Assembly (NCBI GenBank): GCA_963793265.1
Contig: CAWBZI010000006.1
Coordinates: forward strand, 576,001-640,000
From: an uncultured cyanobacterium
GTDB lineage: Bacteria; Cyanobacteriota; Cyanobacteriia; Phormidesmidales; Phormidesmidaceae
Direction: 5' to 3'
Length of the DNA: 64,000 nt
The first letter of the stretch is position 1. The number at the start of each line of letters is the position of its first letter. The position numbers and the translations under genes were made by a program. Of the stretch, positions 1 through 9,178 are shown piece after piece. The notes below the pieces were generated by a model, which ran no database searches, was not told the origin of the DNA, and saw only the letters and a list, made by a program, of their open reading frames with translations.

Positions 1-940
1 AAACCGTTTCACCTATCTGTCTTTATTAGGAGTGCTGGCGCTTACGACAGGCTGCAACACCAGTCGAATTGAACGTATATTTGTACCCTCAACTGCTGCG
101 GGCGGCGATGGTGTCATTATTCTGACGGATGTAGACTTTGATCCGGCGTCTCTGATTCCTGAAACTCAGCCCGTAGCCGACTACTTGGGCCAAAAGCTCG
201 GAAGAGCAGGTATTTCTAGTGGAAAGGTGGATATTGCGCCCGATGTAGAAACGGTCGTCCAATGGATGAAGTCAGGCAAAGTTAACCTATACTTTGACAG
301 CGTTTATCCTGCCCTTACTGTTATGAAGGCATCAGGTGCTACGCCTATTTTGCGCCGTTGGAAAGATGGTGTGCCCGAATACAGTACCTATATTGTGACG
401 CGCCAAGACAGCAACATTGAAGCGCTAGCCGATCTCAATGGCCAAATGATCACTTTGCAAGAGCCCAGCTCTAGCTCAGGGTTTATGTTTCCGATGGTGT
501 ATTTGCTAGAAGCGGGATTCAACCCTCAACAGAAAGCTGAAGTCAATCAGGGCGTTGCAACAGATGAAATCGGCTATGTCTTTTCTGGACAAGAGGAGGT
601 TACAGCCGCCTGGGTTTTAGAAGGTAGGGTGGCTGCTGGGGCAATCGATAGCGAAACCTGGACAGAGCTATCGGAAAATGAGCGATCGCAGCTCAAGATT
701 GTTGCAGAAACAGATGCTTTTCCACGACATGTCGTGCTAGCTGGGCCAGCGTTAGAGCCCAATCAAATAAAGATTTTGAAAAGCGCTTTGACTGTCATGA
801 ATGAGTCTAAGCAAGGGCGAGCAGCGCTAGAAGCGTTTAGTGAAACCTCTCAGTTTGACGAATTTCCAGAAGGCGGAGAGGCCGCGATCGCCAGATTAGA
901 GTCTTCATACAATCTGCTACAGGCACATCTAGCTAAATAG
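1..940 (+). CDS. PhnD/SsuA-like phosphate/phosphonate-type substrate-binding lipoprotein (5' end probably outside the window)
   Basis: Frame is open back to the window start. Lipobox-like LALTTGC, plus YSTYIVTRQDS, SSSGFMFP and GRVAAGA motifs of PhnD-family binding proteins. Confidence 0.8.
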   Translation, partial: NRFTYLSLLGVLALTTGCNTSRIERIFVPSTAAGGDGVIILTDVDFDPASLIPETQPVADYLGQKLGRAGISSGKVDIAPDVETVVQWMKSGKVNLYFDSVYPALTVMKASGATPILRRWKDGVPEYSTYIVTRQDSNIEALADLNGQMITLQEPSSSSGFMFPMVYLLEAGFNPQQKAEVNQGVATDEIGYVFSGQEEVTAAWVLEGRVAAGAIDSETWTELSENERSQLKIVAETDAFPRHVVLAGPALEPNQIKILKSALTVMNESKQGRAALEAFSETSQFDEFPEGGEAAIARLESSYNLLQAHLAK

Positions 941-990
941 CTTGAATGGATTGAGTTCCACCCCCGTGTCAGAAAAATATTAGAAAAATT

Positions 991-3900
991 ATGCAAATCG
1001 TTCCTTCTGATCTTCCTGAGTTGAATCTGACTGATGATTCTGATTTCGCTGCCGATCAAGAATTGCCGAGAGAGCCTTTGCCCAAAAGTGACGATAGCCA
1101 CTATATGGATAGCAGCACAGATAGCAGCGCCGACGCTATAGAGAAGGACGGGCGTTCGGGGACAAAGCTCAGGACAAGACTGCTCCAAACACTGCTGCCA
1201 GCCGTTTTACTGCCGCTAATGCTGGCGAGTTTTGCAGGCTACCGGGTGATTGCCCAGCGCAGTGAAGCGCGCATTCAAGAGCAGCTAAAAAATCAGGCTT
1301 TGCTCGCCAGCGAAGGCACCACAGCCGTTTTGGATGACCTGCTCGACTTACCCAGATCGATTGCCGATAGTCCGCTGGTGATCAACGAGGCCAGATCGGG
1401 TAGTAGAGAAGCCGAAGTGGCAGGGCTGACGGATATGTCGGTAGAAGAGATAGAAGCTGAATTTGCCGATACCAAATTGTTGCGATCGCACGACGCTTTA
1501 AACACCTATCTAAGCCAAACGGTCGAAACCGCCGAGATTGCAGAAATTTTGGTGACAGATAGTCATGGATTCAATGTGGCCTACTCGCGCCCAGTGGCCG
1601 ATATGGTGCAGAGCGATGAAGCCTGGTGGCAAAACGGAAAAGCCAATCAGCAGTGGATCGGCCCGCCTGACTTTGACTTCGCCTCCAAAGGGTTCATGGT
1701 AGAGCTGGCTCAGGCCATCTACGATCCACAGAATGACAATAGCTTTGTAGGCGTTATCAGAACCGTTTTGCCGACCCGCAAATTTAGCCTGCTAGCGAAT
1801 ACGCTCCAAAGAACCGGCATCACAGACTCGCAGCGTGTGCAGCTAGTCGATGGAGACAAGCTCAGCACAATCGATACGTTCTCAGCCCAAGGTTTTCATA
1901 AAGATCGCACTATTATTGGCGGAGAAGTCGTTGAGCAGTTTATCAGTACTTTTGTTAGCGCAATACAAGCTGGCGCTGGCGTTAATATTGACACTGAAAG
2001 CGCACAGCTCGCGCAGCCGCCTAAAGGCGAAGAAATACTTGCAGCGATCCAAAGCGTCAGAACACAGCAGAGCGCTATCCGAGACATCACGTTGCCGGTA
2101 GCCGATGAAGAAATTGTAGTGGCCTCGTTTGCTTACGAGGATCGGCAGTATAAAATTGCCAATATTGCCTCTTCCAACTGGGTGGCAATTTCCTCGATGG
2201 ACAACAGCGAAATCTCCGCAGCCGGGCGTGATTCGCTTTTCTTTTTCAGCTTAATTACCTTACTATTGGGCACGATCATTACCGGGCTGATCTTCGGGCT
2301 ATCTCGCCAGCTATCTCACCCTATTAGCCGTCTTACGGAGCAGGCCAAAGTAGCGGCAGACGGAAACCTGGATATAGCAGTCGAGCCCATGGGTACTGCT
2401 GAGACACGCGTTTTAACGCAGACCTTCAATCAACTGATTGCGCAGGTTAAAGGGCTCATTGAGTCTCAGAGCACCGAGACTCAAAAAGTCCAGCTATTTG
2501 CAGATATTACCAGCGCGCCTATTACCGATCGTGCAGAAGTTTCAGCGCTGCTTGATCGAATTTTGCCGACGGCTCGCGGCATTTTGGGCGTAGATAGACT
2601 AGCGTTCTTCCAGGTACCACACACAGATAACCCACAAGATGTTAACGATTGGAACAATCACGAGTGGCGTCACTATGCATTGCAAGGACAGGTTGCTTCT
2701 GAGTCAGTATCGTCTATCCTACCGGCGGTTGGCAGCTATTCAGAAGGAGCCCGCTGGCTACCGGCTACCACGCGGCGTCATTCGGAACAGCAGCCCCCGA
2801 CCTTCGTCTTTAGCTCACGCCTTGATCCAGCGATTGACGCCGAGCATCGAGCGTTCTTAGAGCACAGCCAGGTTAAATCTAGTCTGAACATGCCCGTCTT
2901 CTATGACATCAGCACCCCAGCCTCAGACCAGCCTAAGCGAGTGCTTTGGGGCTATTTAATTGCCCACTCTCAAAGCGATCGCCCCTGGCAATCTTCAGAC
3001 ATTCGTTTTCTAGAGCGGCTAGCGCTTCAGCTCAAACGCGTGCTTGATCGAATAGCGGCTGTTGCCAGCATCGAAACTTCGTATCAGGCTGTCAGGCGAT
3101 CTCAGCAAGAAACAGAGGTGGTTACCCGTGCAAGCCAGCGGCAAAGCGAAAGCCAGCGTTTGCACAATGAGCAGCTCAAGCAGCAAGTGCATGCGCTGAG
3201 TGAAGATATTTCCGGTGTTTTTCAGGGAGATCTGACCGTTCGTGCCAGCGTTAGTCATGGGGATTTAAAGACCGTCGCAGACGTATTCAATATGACGGTG
3301 GCGAAGCTAGAGGAACTGGTCGATCAGGTAAAGGGCTCAACTGCTGAGATTGACGACTTTTTGAGTCAGAACGAGCGGTCAGCTTTGCAGCTTGCTAGGC
3401 TGACATTGCAGCAAAGTCAAGACGCTGTTCAGACGCTAGAGAAAATACAGGCTGTCGCCCACTCGATGGACAGCGTTGTCACACAGGCCCATGATGCAGC
3501 AGGATCTGCCCATCAGGTAGGCGATCGCGCTCAGGCCGGTAAAGCCGCCATTGACCAGGCTGCAACAAAGATTCAGGCGCTTAGCGACATATCAAGCGAT
3601 GCTATCTCTCAAATCGATCATCTGAGCCGGGCCTCAAACAATGTCTCTTATATGGTCGAAATGACTGCTGGCATTGCGGCTGATATGCAAAAGCTGGCAA
3701 GTCAGACCGCTGATAGCGTAGCCGTTTGGGCTGCTAGAGGAGAGATAGAAGCGGCCCAGCAGGCGTCGCTCGCTAGGACAATACAAGAGATGGATAAGCT
3801 CGCAGAACGGTCTGATTCAGAGGCTATGCTCATCGATACTTTCTTGAACGCTGTTGGCAAAACCGCTCAGCAAGTGACCAAAGCGATTGAACGTATTAAT

Positions 3901-4185
3901 CAGGAAGTTGCCCACAGCAACCAGACCATGCAGGCTTCTCAAGCCAGCCTAAACGAAGTACTCACGGCTGCCGAGCAGTATGAGCAGCTAGCCCGGTCGG
4001 TATCTGAGGCAACGCAGGCGCAATCTCACGTTTCTCAGACGGCCTCTGAGCTAGTAGCTACTATTGTTGGACTCTCAGAGCAGACCTCTCAATTTTCTCA
4101 AGAGATTGCGCGATCGCTCCAGAACACCGCGACGACAGCCCACGAACTACGCTCATCTGTTGAGTTCTTTAAGGTCAAGTCTTAG
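991..4185 (+). CDS. Methyl-accepting chemotaxis-like receptor (TM-Cache-TM-HAMP-GAF-MCP coiled coil) with degenerate signalling tip
   Basis: Two TM segments flank a Cache-like region (QSDEAWWQ). HAMP (GNLDIAVE...LTQTFNQL), GAF (LGVDRL...LWGYLIAH...RPWQ) and GDLTVRA...VADVFN lead into heptad repeats. Confidence 0.8.
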   Translation: MQIVPSDLPELNLTDDSDFAADQELPREPLPKSDDSHYMDSSTDSSADAIEKDGRSGTKLRTRLLQTLLPAVLLPLMLASFAGYRVIAQRSEARIQEQLKNQALLASEGTTAVLDDLLDLPRSIADSPLVINEARSGSREAEVAGLTDMSVEEIEAEFADTKLLRSHDALNTYLSQTVETAEIAEILVTDSHGFNVAYSRPVADMVQSDEAWWQNGKANQQWIGPPDFDFASKGFMVELAQAIYDPQNDNSFVGVIRTVLPTRKFSLLANTLQRTGITDSQRVQLVDGDKLSTIDTFSAQGFHKDRTIIGGEVVEQFISTFVSAIQAGAGVNIDTESAQLAQPPKGEEILAAIQSVRTQQSAIRDITLPVADEEIVVASFAYEDRQYKIANIASSNWVAISSMDNSEISAAGRDSLFFFSLITLLLGTIITGLIFGLSRQLSHPISRLTEQAKVAADGNLDIAVEPMGTAETRVLTQTFNQLIAQVKGLIESQSTETQKVQLFADITSAPITDRAEVSALLDRILPTARGILGVDRLAFFQVPHTDNPQDVNDWNNHEWRHYALQGQVASESVSSILPAVGSYSEGARWLPATTRRHSEQQPPTFVFSSRLDPAIDAEHRAFLEHSQVKSSLNMPVFYDISTPASDQPKRVLWGYLIAHSQSDRPWQSSDIRFLERLALQLKRVLDRIAAVASIETSYQAVRRSQQETEVVTRASQRQSESQRLHNEQLKQQVHALSEDISGVFQGDLTVRASVSHGDLKTVADVFNMTVAKLEELVDQVKGSTAEIDDFLSQNERSALQLARLTLQQSQDAVQTLEKIQAVAHSMDSVVTQAHDAAGSAHQVGDRAQAGKAAIDQAATKIQALSDISSDAISQIDHLSRASNNVSYMVEMTAGIAADMQKLASQTADSVAVWAARGEIEAAQQASLARTIQEMDKLAERSDSEAMLIDTFLNAVGKTAQQVTKAIERINQEVAHSNQTMQASQASLNEVLTAAEQYEQLARSVSEATQAQSHVSQTASELVATIVGLSEQTSQFSQEIARSLQNTATTAHELRSSVEFFKVKS

Positions 4186-4221
4186 CGCTGAAATTCAGCT
4201 TGTGCATCCATCCATAGTTGC

Positions 4222-5310
4222 CTATCCCATAGTCGCAATCATCGCTTTTAGCACCTCGCAGCAGTTGCGAATCGCACCCAAATGCGCAATCTCATAGCCG
4301 TGCGTATTTTGTGTTGGAAAGGCCAAACACGCGCCTCTAGCCACATGCCCAAACTTCATCGCAATCGAAGCGTCGCTGCCAAAGCCGCTAATCGCCGCCA
4401 CCTGCAAAGGAATGTCTATGCCTTGGGCCGCTGTTAAAATCTCACGGTTTAGCCCTTCATCATAAAGGCCATAGCTATCTTGAGAAAACAGCGCAGGCAG
4501 CGGGCCATCTACCAGCGGATATTCCGTTGAAAGGGGACAAATTTCTAACGCAATCACATCGTCAAGCTGCTGCCGCTGCGTAAAGTACAGCGCCCCGATT
4601 GCACCGACTTCTTCTTTAGCCGATGCGACCAAATACACGTCAACGGGCGGCGCTTTTACCTGTTCAGCTAAGGCAATTAAAATCGCCAGCGACGCTTTGT
4701 TATCCAATGTGTAGCTCGCAATATGATCGCCTAGTCGAAACGGTCTTTTGCGGTGTTTGCCCACCACCATCCTGGTACCAGGGCGAACGCCAATTGCCTG
4801 TAGCTGCTCAGTCGAAAGCTTTGTTTCTACCCAGGCATCTTTCCACGCCACCGCCTGCCCTTCTTGCTGAACCTTTTGGGGCGACTCGTGAGAAACATGG
4901 CGCGAGCCAAAGCTCAAAACGCCGCTAATTGTGAAATAGTCACCGATAAGATCAACAATGCCTTCGCCATATACCCACGGATAGGCTCCGCCCAGCGGAC
5001 GCACCGACAGGCGACCATCAGCTTCCACACGCTTCACAATGCCGCCGATTTCATCTTTGTGCGCTGTGATTGCCAGGCTTCGTCGCTGCTGAGGATTCTT
5101 AGCGTTTGAAGTGCTTTCGTTAGCACCTGGAATCTTTACAACAATGTTGTCTGCGGCATCTTGCCAGTACTCTACGCCTAGCGAAGTGAAGCGATCGCAC
5201 AAAAACCGATTCACCTCATCCTCCACACCACTAGGAGAATGCAGCATTACCAGCTCAGCGATCGCATAAAAAAAGCGATCCTCATTCCAACTCTCAACTC
5301 TATCAACCAC
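4222..5310 (-). CDS. M42 family metallopeptidase
   Basis: SPSGVE, AHKDEIG, LDNK, KEEVG, GSDA and NTHGYE motifs. Confidence 0.85.
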   Translation of the reverse strand: MVDRVESWNEDRFFYAIAELVMLHSPSGVEDEVNRFLCDRFTSLGVEYWQDAADNIVVKIPGANESTSNAKNPQQRRSLAITAHKDEIGGIVKRVEADGRLSVRPLGGAYPWVYGEGIVDLIGDYFTISGVLSFGSRHVSHESPQKVQQEGQAVAWKDAWVETKLSTEQLQAIGVRPGTRMVVGKHRKRPFRLGDHIASYTLDNKASLAILIALAEQVKAPPVDVYLVASAKEEVGAIGALYFTQRQQLDDVIALEICPLSTEYPLVDGPLPALFSQDSYGLYDEGLNREILTAAQGIDIPLQVAAISGFGSDASIAMKFGHVARGACLAFPTQNTHGYEIAHLGAIRNCCEVLKAMIATMG

Positions 5311-5316
5311 GCTTAA

Positions 5317-6432
5317 TCAACCACCTTCTGGCGCATCAGCATCCGGCTTAGGCAGCGCACTGCTAGTTCCACGAACCTCTTCTGCGGTAATCCCTTCAGT
5401 CGAATTTCCATAACGCCACAGCACCGCCGCCGCCTCAGCACGAGTAGCCGCTTTATCGGGCTGAAAAAGCGTCGTGTAGCCAAAAGCCCGCCGAATATTA
5501 GCAAAATCACCGTTTTGATAGTCCGCTAGCACGGCCTGCAAAGCCCGAGCCTCAATTCTGTTTGCATCTTGAAACCCCCAAGCCTGCTCAACCGCAGTTG
5601 GGGTCGCCTGTGGCAAAGGCTGGCGCGTATCTAAAGGCACTTTCCACAGCAGCAAATCCTTACGCGTCAGCGGCGCATCGGGGCGAAAGGTGAGCGTGGT
5701 GCTGCTGCCCGTAAGCGGACTTGGGATAATGCCTGCCTCAGCTAAGCCTTGAATGGCATCGAAGTCAGGATCGTCTGCTTTAACATCTTGAAAGACGGGC
5801 GTGCTGCTGGTGACCCCTGGGCGAATTTTGCGGGTGCGAACGCCTGCGTAAAACTTGTTGTTAGTTGCCAATAGCCAGCGCGCATATTCTCGCCGCGTAA
5901 TCGCCCGATTCGGTCGAAATTCACCGGGCCCCGGAATATCGGGTGGCGTAGTTTTTGTTGTATCGTCACTATCAGAATCATCGCCTGCGCCACTAGCCGA
6001 GCTGCTAGGCGCAGCGGGCGGGCGAACTTTTAGCAAATCTAGATCGATCAAGTCAATTAGATAGGGCTGAATTTCTTCAGGCGCTTTCCCTAAGTCTGTA
6101 TAGTCACCTGCGATCGCCACTACCGGCGGTGATGGCTCTGCGGGAATCGTTTTTGAGGGTTCAGCAGGCTCATCTTTAGCAGGTGTCTCAGCTTCAGAAG
6201 TCGCGGCCTCAGGGGCAGACTCAACTGTTTCAACGTCTGATACTGCCTCTTGGGCAAGCTGCGGATCGGGCTCCAGGCTTCTGCCAAGAGTGCTTCCTAA
6301 TCTGCTACCCGAGCAGCCTGCGGTAAATAGTAAGACGGTGAGTAGGGAGAGATTTGCGATCGCCTGTCCTCCTCTGCCGTTCAAAAGAGGATGTCTTAAA
6401 AAAAAGCGATTAGTTAAAGCAGATCGAGTCAT
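5317..6432 (-). CDS. S-layer homology (SLH) domain lipoprotein
   Basis: SLH repeats FRPNRAITRREYA, FRPDAPLTR and FQPDKAATRAEAA; lipobox LFTAGC. Start codon is uncertain (ORF track extends to 6486). Confidence 0.75.
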   Translation of the reverse strand: MTRSALTNRFFLRHPLLNGRGGQAIANLSLLTVLLFTAGCSGSRLGSTLGRSLEPDPQLAQEAVSDVETVESAPEAATSEAETPAKDEPAEPSKTIPAEPSPPVVAIAGDYTDLGKAPEEIQPYLIDLIDLDLLKVRPPAAPSSSASGAGDDSDSDDTTKTTPPDIPGPGEFRPNRAITRREYARWLLATNNKFYAGVRTRKIRPGVTSSTPVFQDVKADDPDFDAIQGLAEAGIIPSPLTGSSTTLTFRPDAPLTRKDLLLWKVPLDTRQPLPQATPTAVEQAWGFQDANRIEARALQAVLADYQNGDFANIRRAFGYTTLFQPDKAATRAEAAAVLWRYGNSTEGITAEEVRGTSSALPKPDADAPEGG

Positions 6433-6576
6433 CACTAGCGCCAGAACAAAAAGCGAACGTAGGATTGAATGCACAAGCACTTTCAATGCTGCGTACTAAG
6501 CTATCGTACAACGGCCCCAATTGTGCGCTACATAAAGCCAGCCGCAAAACTTTGCCCCTCGCCTCCTATATTTTCT

Positions 6577-7503
6577 ATGACAAGCGCCCTGATTATTGAC
6601 TGCGATCCCGGTGTTGATGACGCGATCGCCCTTCTCCTAGCTTTTGCCACCAACCTCCCTATCCTCGGTATCACCACCGTGGCAGGCAACGTCCCGCTCA
6701 CCCTCACTGCCACCAACGCTCGCAAAATCTGCACACTTGCAAATCGCTCAGACACACCCGTATTCGCAGGCTGCCCCCGCCCCCTAATCAGACCCCTTGC
6801 CACCGCCGAAGAGGTTCACGGAGCCACTGGCTTACAGGGCGCAGACTTTCCCGAACCGACCGTGCCCCTACAGTCACAACACAGCGTCGATTTCATTATC
6901 GAACAGCTCCTAAACGCCTCATCGCCTATCACTCTCGCCGCGCTTGGCCCGCTGACCAACATCGCTGTCGCCCTGATCAAATGCCCTCAAATTGCTGAAA
7001 AGATAGATCAGCTCGTGATCATGGGCGGCACAATGGGCCAAGGCAACATTACGCCCGCCGCTGAATTCAACATGTACGTGGATCCTCACGCGGCCCAGGT
7101 CGTATTCTCCGCCGACATTCCCACCGTCTTAATCGGCCTAGATATCACCCACCAAGTCCTCACCACCCCCGAACGCCTCGCCGCCATTCGCGCCATCGGC
7201 AACCCGGTTAGCGAAGCCGCCGCCGGAATGCTCTCCTTTTACGGCCAAAGCGACCTCGATCGCTACGGTTTACCCGGCGGGCCGCTACACGATCCCTGCG
7301 TTATCGCCTACTTGCTTAAGCCCGAACTCTTCACCGCCCGCACCGTCAATGTAGTGGTAGAAACCACCGGAGAACACACCATGGGGCGCACGGTGATGGA
7401 CTGGTATGGCGGCGCGACGGGCACCTGCATTCAGGTCGTAGAAAGCGTGGACGCTGACGGTTTTTATGCGCTGCTCACAAAAGCGCTGGCAGCCTTTTCG
7501 TAG
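6577..7503 (+). CDS. Inosine/uridine-preferring nucleoside hydrolase
   Basis: DCDPGVDD motif, GPLTN, AEFN and LHDP; ATG at 6577. Confidence 0.9.
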   Translation: MTSALIIDCDPGVDDAIALLLAFATNLPILGITTVAGNVPLTLTATNARKICTLANRSDTPVFAGCPRPLIRPLATAEEVHGATGLQGADFPEPTVPLQSQHSVDFIIEQLLNASSPITLAALGPLTNIAVALIKCPQIAEKIDQLVIMGGTMGQGNITPAAEFNMYVDPHAAQVVFSADIPTVLIGLDITHQVLTTPERLAAIRAIGNPVSEAAAGMLSFYGQSDLDRYGLPGGPLHDPCVIAYLLKPELFTARTVNVVVETTGEHTMGRTVMDWYGGATGTCIQVVESVDADGFYALLTKALAAFS

Positions 7504-7549
7504 GCCGTGTTATAGAATTAGGCCATTGATTTAAACGGCCTGACGAGCT

Positions 7550-8137
7550 ATGGCTTACACCACCGCGCAGCTACTAGACATTCTCGATGCAGAGATGAAG
7601 GCGGCGGTACGGGGCGATCGCCTCTTACTTAACGGGGATGCTCGCCTCGACAATCCTGTCATTACCAAAGCCATTGGCCCGCAAAAGCTCAGCAAAATCT
7701 ACGCCTTTCAGGACTTCCGCGACCAGATTCACCAGTATCAGATTGCCGAGGGCGTTTCGGGCATTGTTTGGCGCGAATGCAACTTTGCAGGCCGCAGCGT
7801 GCGCTTTCCTGAGATTCATCCGCAGCTTACCGCTACCGCTGAAGATAAGCTGAGATTAGGCGCGGCTAAAGGCGCGGTGATTGCCTTTTGGCGGGCGTGC
7901 ATTCCTGAGCTGAAGCTATGGAGGGGGAGCAATCCGCCGGAGCCGATTGAGCGATCGCGCGTAGAAGTCTTAATCGAAAACGCCGAGTGGGCCGATGTGG
8001 AAGCAACCCGTAGCGAGCTGTATTTGCTGCTGTGCTGGGGGAACCCGAAAGAGAGCTATTATGCCTGGGCCTATCCAGAAAGTGGGTGCGATCGCATCAT
8101 CGCCACTCGCACCAAGCCCAGTGGCATCAAAGTGTAG
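7550..8137 (+). CDS. Hypothetical protein
   Basis: 195-aa ORF with genome-typical composition and no recognised motif. Confidence 0.6.
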   Translation: MAYTTAQLLDILDAEMKAAVRGDRLLLNGDARLDNPVITKAIGPQKLSKIYAFQDFRDQIHQYQIAEGVSGIVWRECNFAGRSVRFPEIHPQLTATAEDKLRLGAAKGAVIAFWRACIPELKLWRGSNPPEPIERSRVEVLIENAEWADVEATRSELYLLLCWGNPKESYYAWAYPESGCDRIIATRTKPSGIKV

Positions 8138-8173
8138 TTCAAATGGTGTGGCTCAAATGGTGTAGCTCAAATG
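8132..8173. repeat. 14-bp tandem repeat x3 (GTGTRGYTCAAATG)
   Basis: gtgtagttcaaatg / gtgtggctcaaatg / gtgtagctcaaatg, overlapping the stop codon of the upstream gene. Confidence 0.85.
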
Positions 8174-8268
8174 CGTTAATTCCAGACATTTCGCCAAAAG
8201 CCGACAGCCCAGAGCGCGGTACAATTGGGTCTATCCGATTTGGCCTCGCAAAGAGGCGCTTTAAAGCT

Positions 8269-8577
8269 ATGCCCATTGCCGTTGTCACCATCGAAACTCA
8301 CGGATTTCCTGCCTCTTTGGCCGCAGCCGATGCCATGGTCAAAGCAGGCCGCGTCACCCTAATCAAAATTGCGCCTGCCGACAGCGGCCATCAATACGTC
8401 GTTGTTCGCGGCCCCAACGCAGAAGTCAAAGCGGCCCTAGAAGCCGGGCTCAAAGCCGCGAACGCCTGCTATGGCGACGGTGCTTATGCCCACACCCTCA
8501 TTCCCAACCCCACGCCCAACGTCCTCCACACCCTAGAGCTTGACTACACCGAAGAATCGCTACCCTTCGTAGAATAA
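8269..8577 (+). CDS. ccmK3: Carboxysome shell protein CcmK3 (BMC domain)
   Basis: MPIAV...AAADAMVKAGRV BMC signature, paired with ccmK4; ATG at 8269. Confidence 0.8.
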   Translation: MPIAVVTIETHGFPASLAAADAMVKAGRVTLIKIAPADSGHQYVVVRGPNAEVKAALEAGLKAANACYGDGAYAHTLIPNPTPNVLHTLELDYTEESLPFVE

Positions 8578-8728
8578 TCAAGCGCCTCCTCTACCGATTC
8601 CATAGACAAACGTATATATTTGTTGTCCAATTGAGCGCGTTCCCCTTCTCCCGTACAATCAATAATGGAGTTCATAAGCCAAAAAACCGGCGTGAAAATG
8701 TTCTCCATTCACGTTTAGGAGAGCATAG

Positions 8729-9091
8729 ATGGGACAGGCAGTAGGTTCGCTCGAAACAAAGGGATTTCCTCCCGTGTTGGCAGCCGCAGATGCGATGGTA
8801 AAAGCCGGACGAGTGACGCTAGTTACCTACATCAGAGCAGGCAGCGCCCGCTTTTGCATTAATATTCGTGGCGACGTTTCTGAAGTTAAAGCCGCGATGG
8901 AAGCAGGCGTAGAAGCTGCTCAAAATGCGCCCGGTGGCGTATTAGAAACCTGGGTGATTATTCCTCGCCCGCACGAGAACGTGATTGGCGTACTGCCCAT
9001 TCAGTTTGACGAGAGCGTAGAAGGCTTCCGCGAAGCAGTAGAGGTGCCGATTATTCCCGGCAGCAGCACGATGGGCCGACAGTCTTCTTAA
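8729..9091 (+). CDS. ccmK4: Carboxysome shell protein CcmK4
   Basis: AVGSLETKGFPPVLAAADAMVKAGRVT...GSARF...IIPRPHENV. Confidence 0.9.
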   Translation: MGQAVGSLETKGFPPVLAAADAMVKAGRVTLVTYIRAGSARFCINIRGDVSEVKAAMEAGVEAAQNAPGGVLETWVIIPRPHENVIGVLPIQFDESVEGFREAVEVPIIPGSSTMGRQSS

Positions 9092-9129
9092 GATCCTAAA
9101 TAATCACACTTGCACCTCTTTGCATACAC

Positions 9130-9158
9130 GTAGGGGCATAGCATTGCTATGCCCCTAC
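9130..9158. repeat. REP-like palindrome (GTAG-type)
   Basis: Perfect hairpin GTAGGGGCATAGCA-T-TGCTATGCCCCTAC. Confidence 0.85.
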
Positions 9159-9178
9159 AGTAGTCTCACCCACCGACC

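Noticed and set aside
8132..8173. Short repeats as a possible CRISPR array (also 16338-16414 and 32524-32569)
   Set aside because: Units are directly adjacent with no unique spacers, and no cas genes are present.
8032..8268. N-terminal extension of CcmK3 in the ORF track
   Set aside because: It overlaps the upstream gene and a tandem repeat; the BMC domain begins at ATG 8269.
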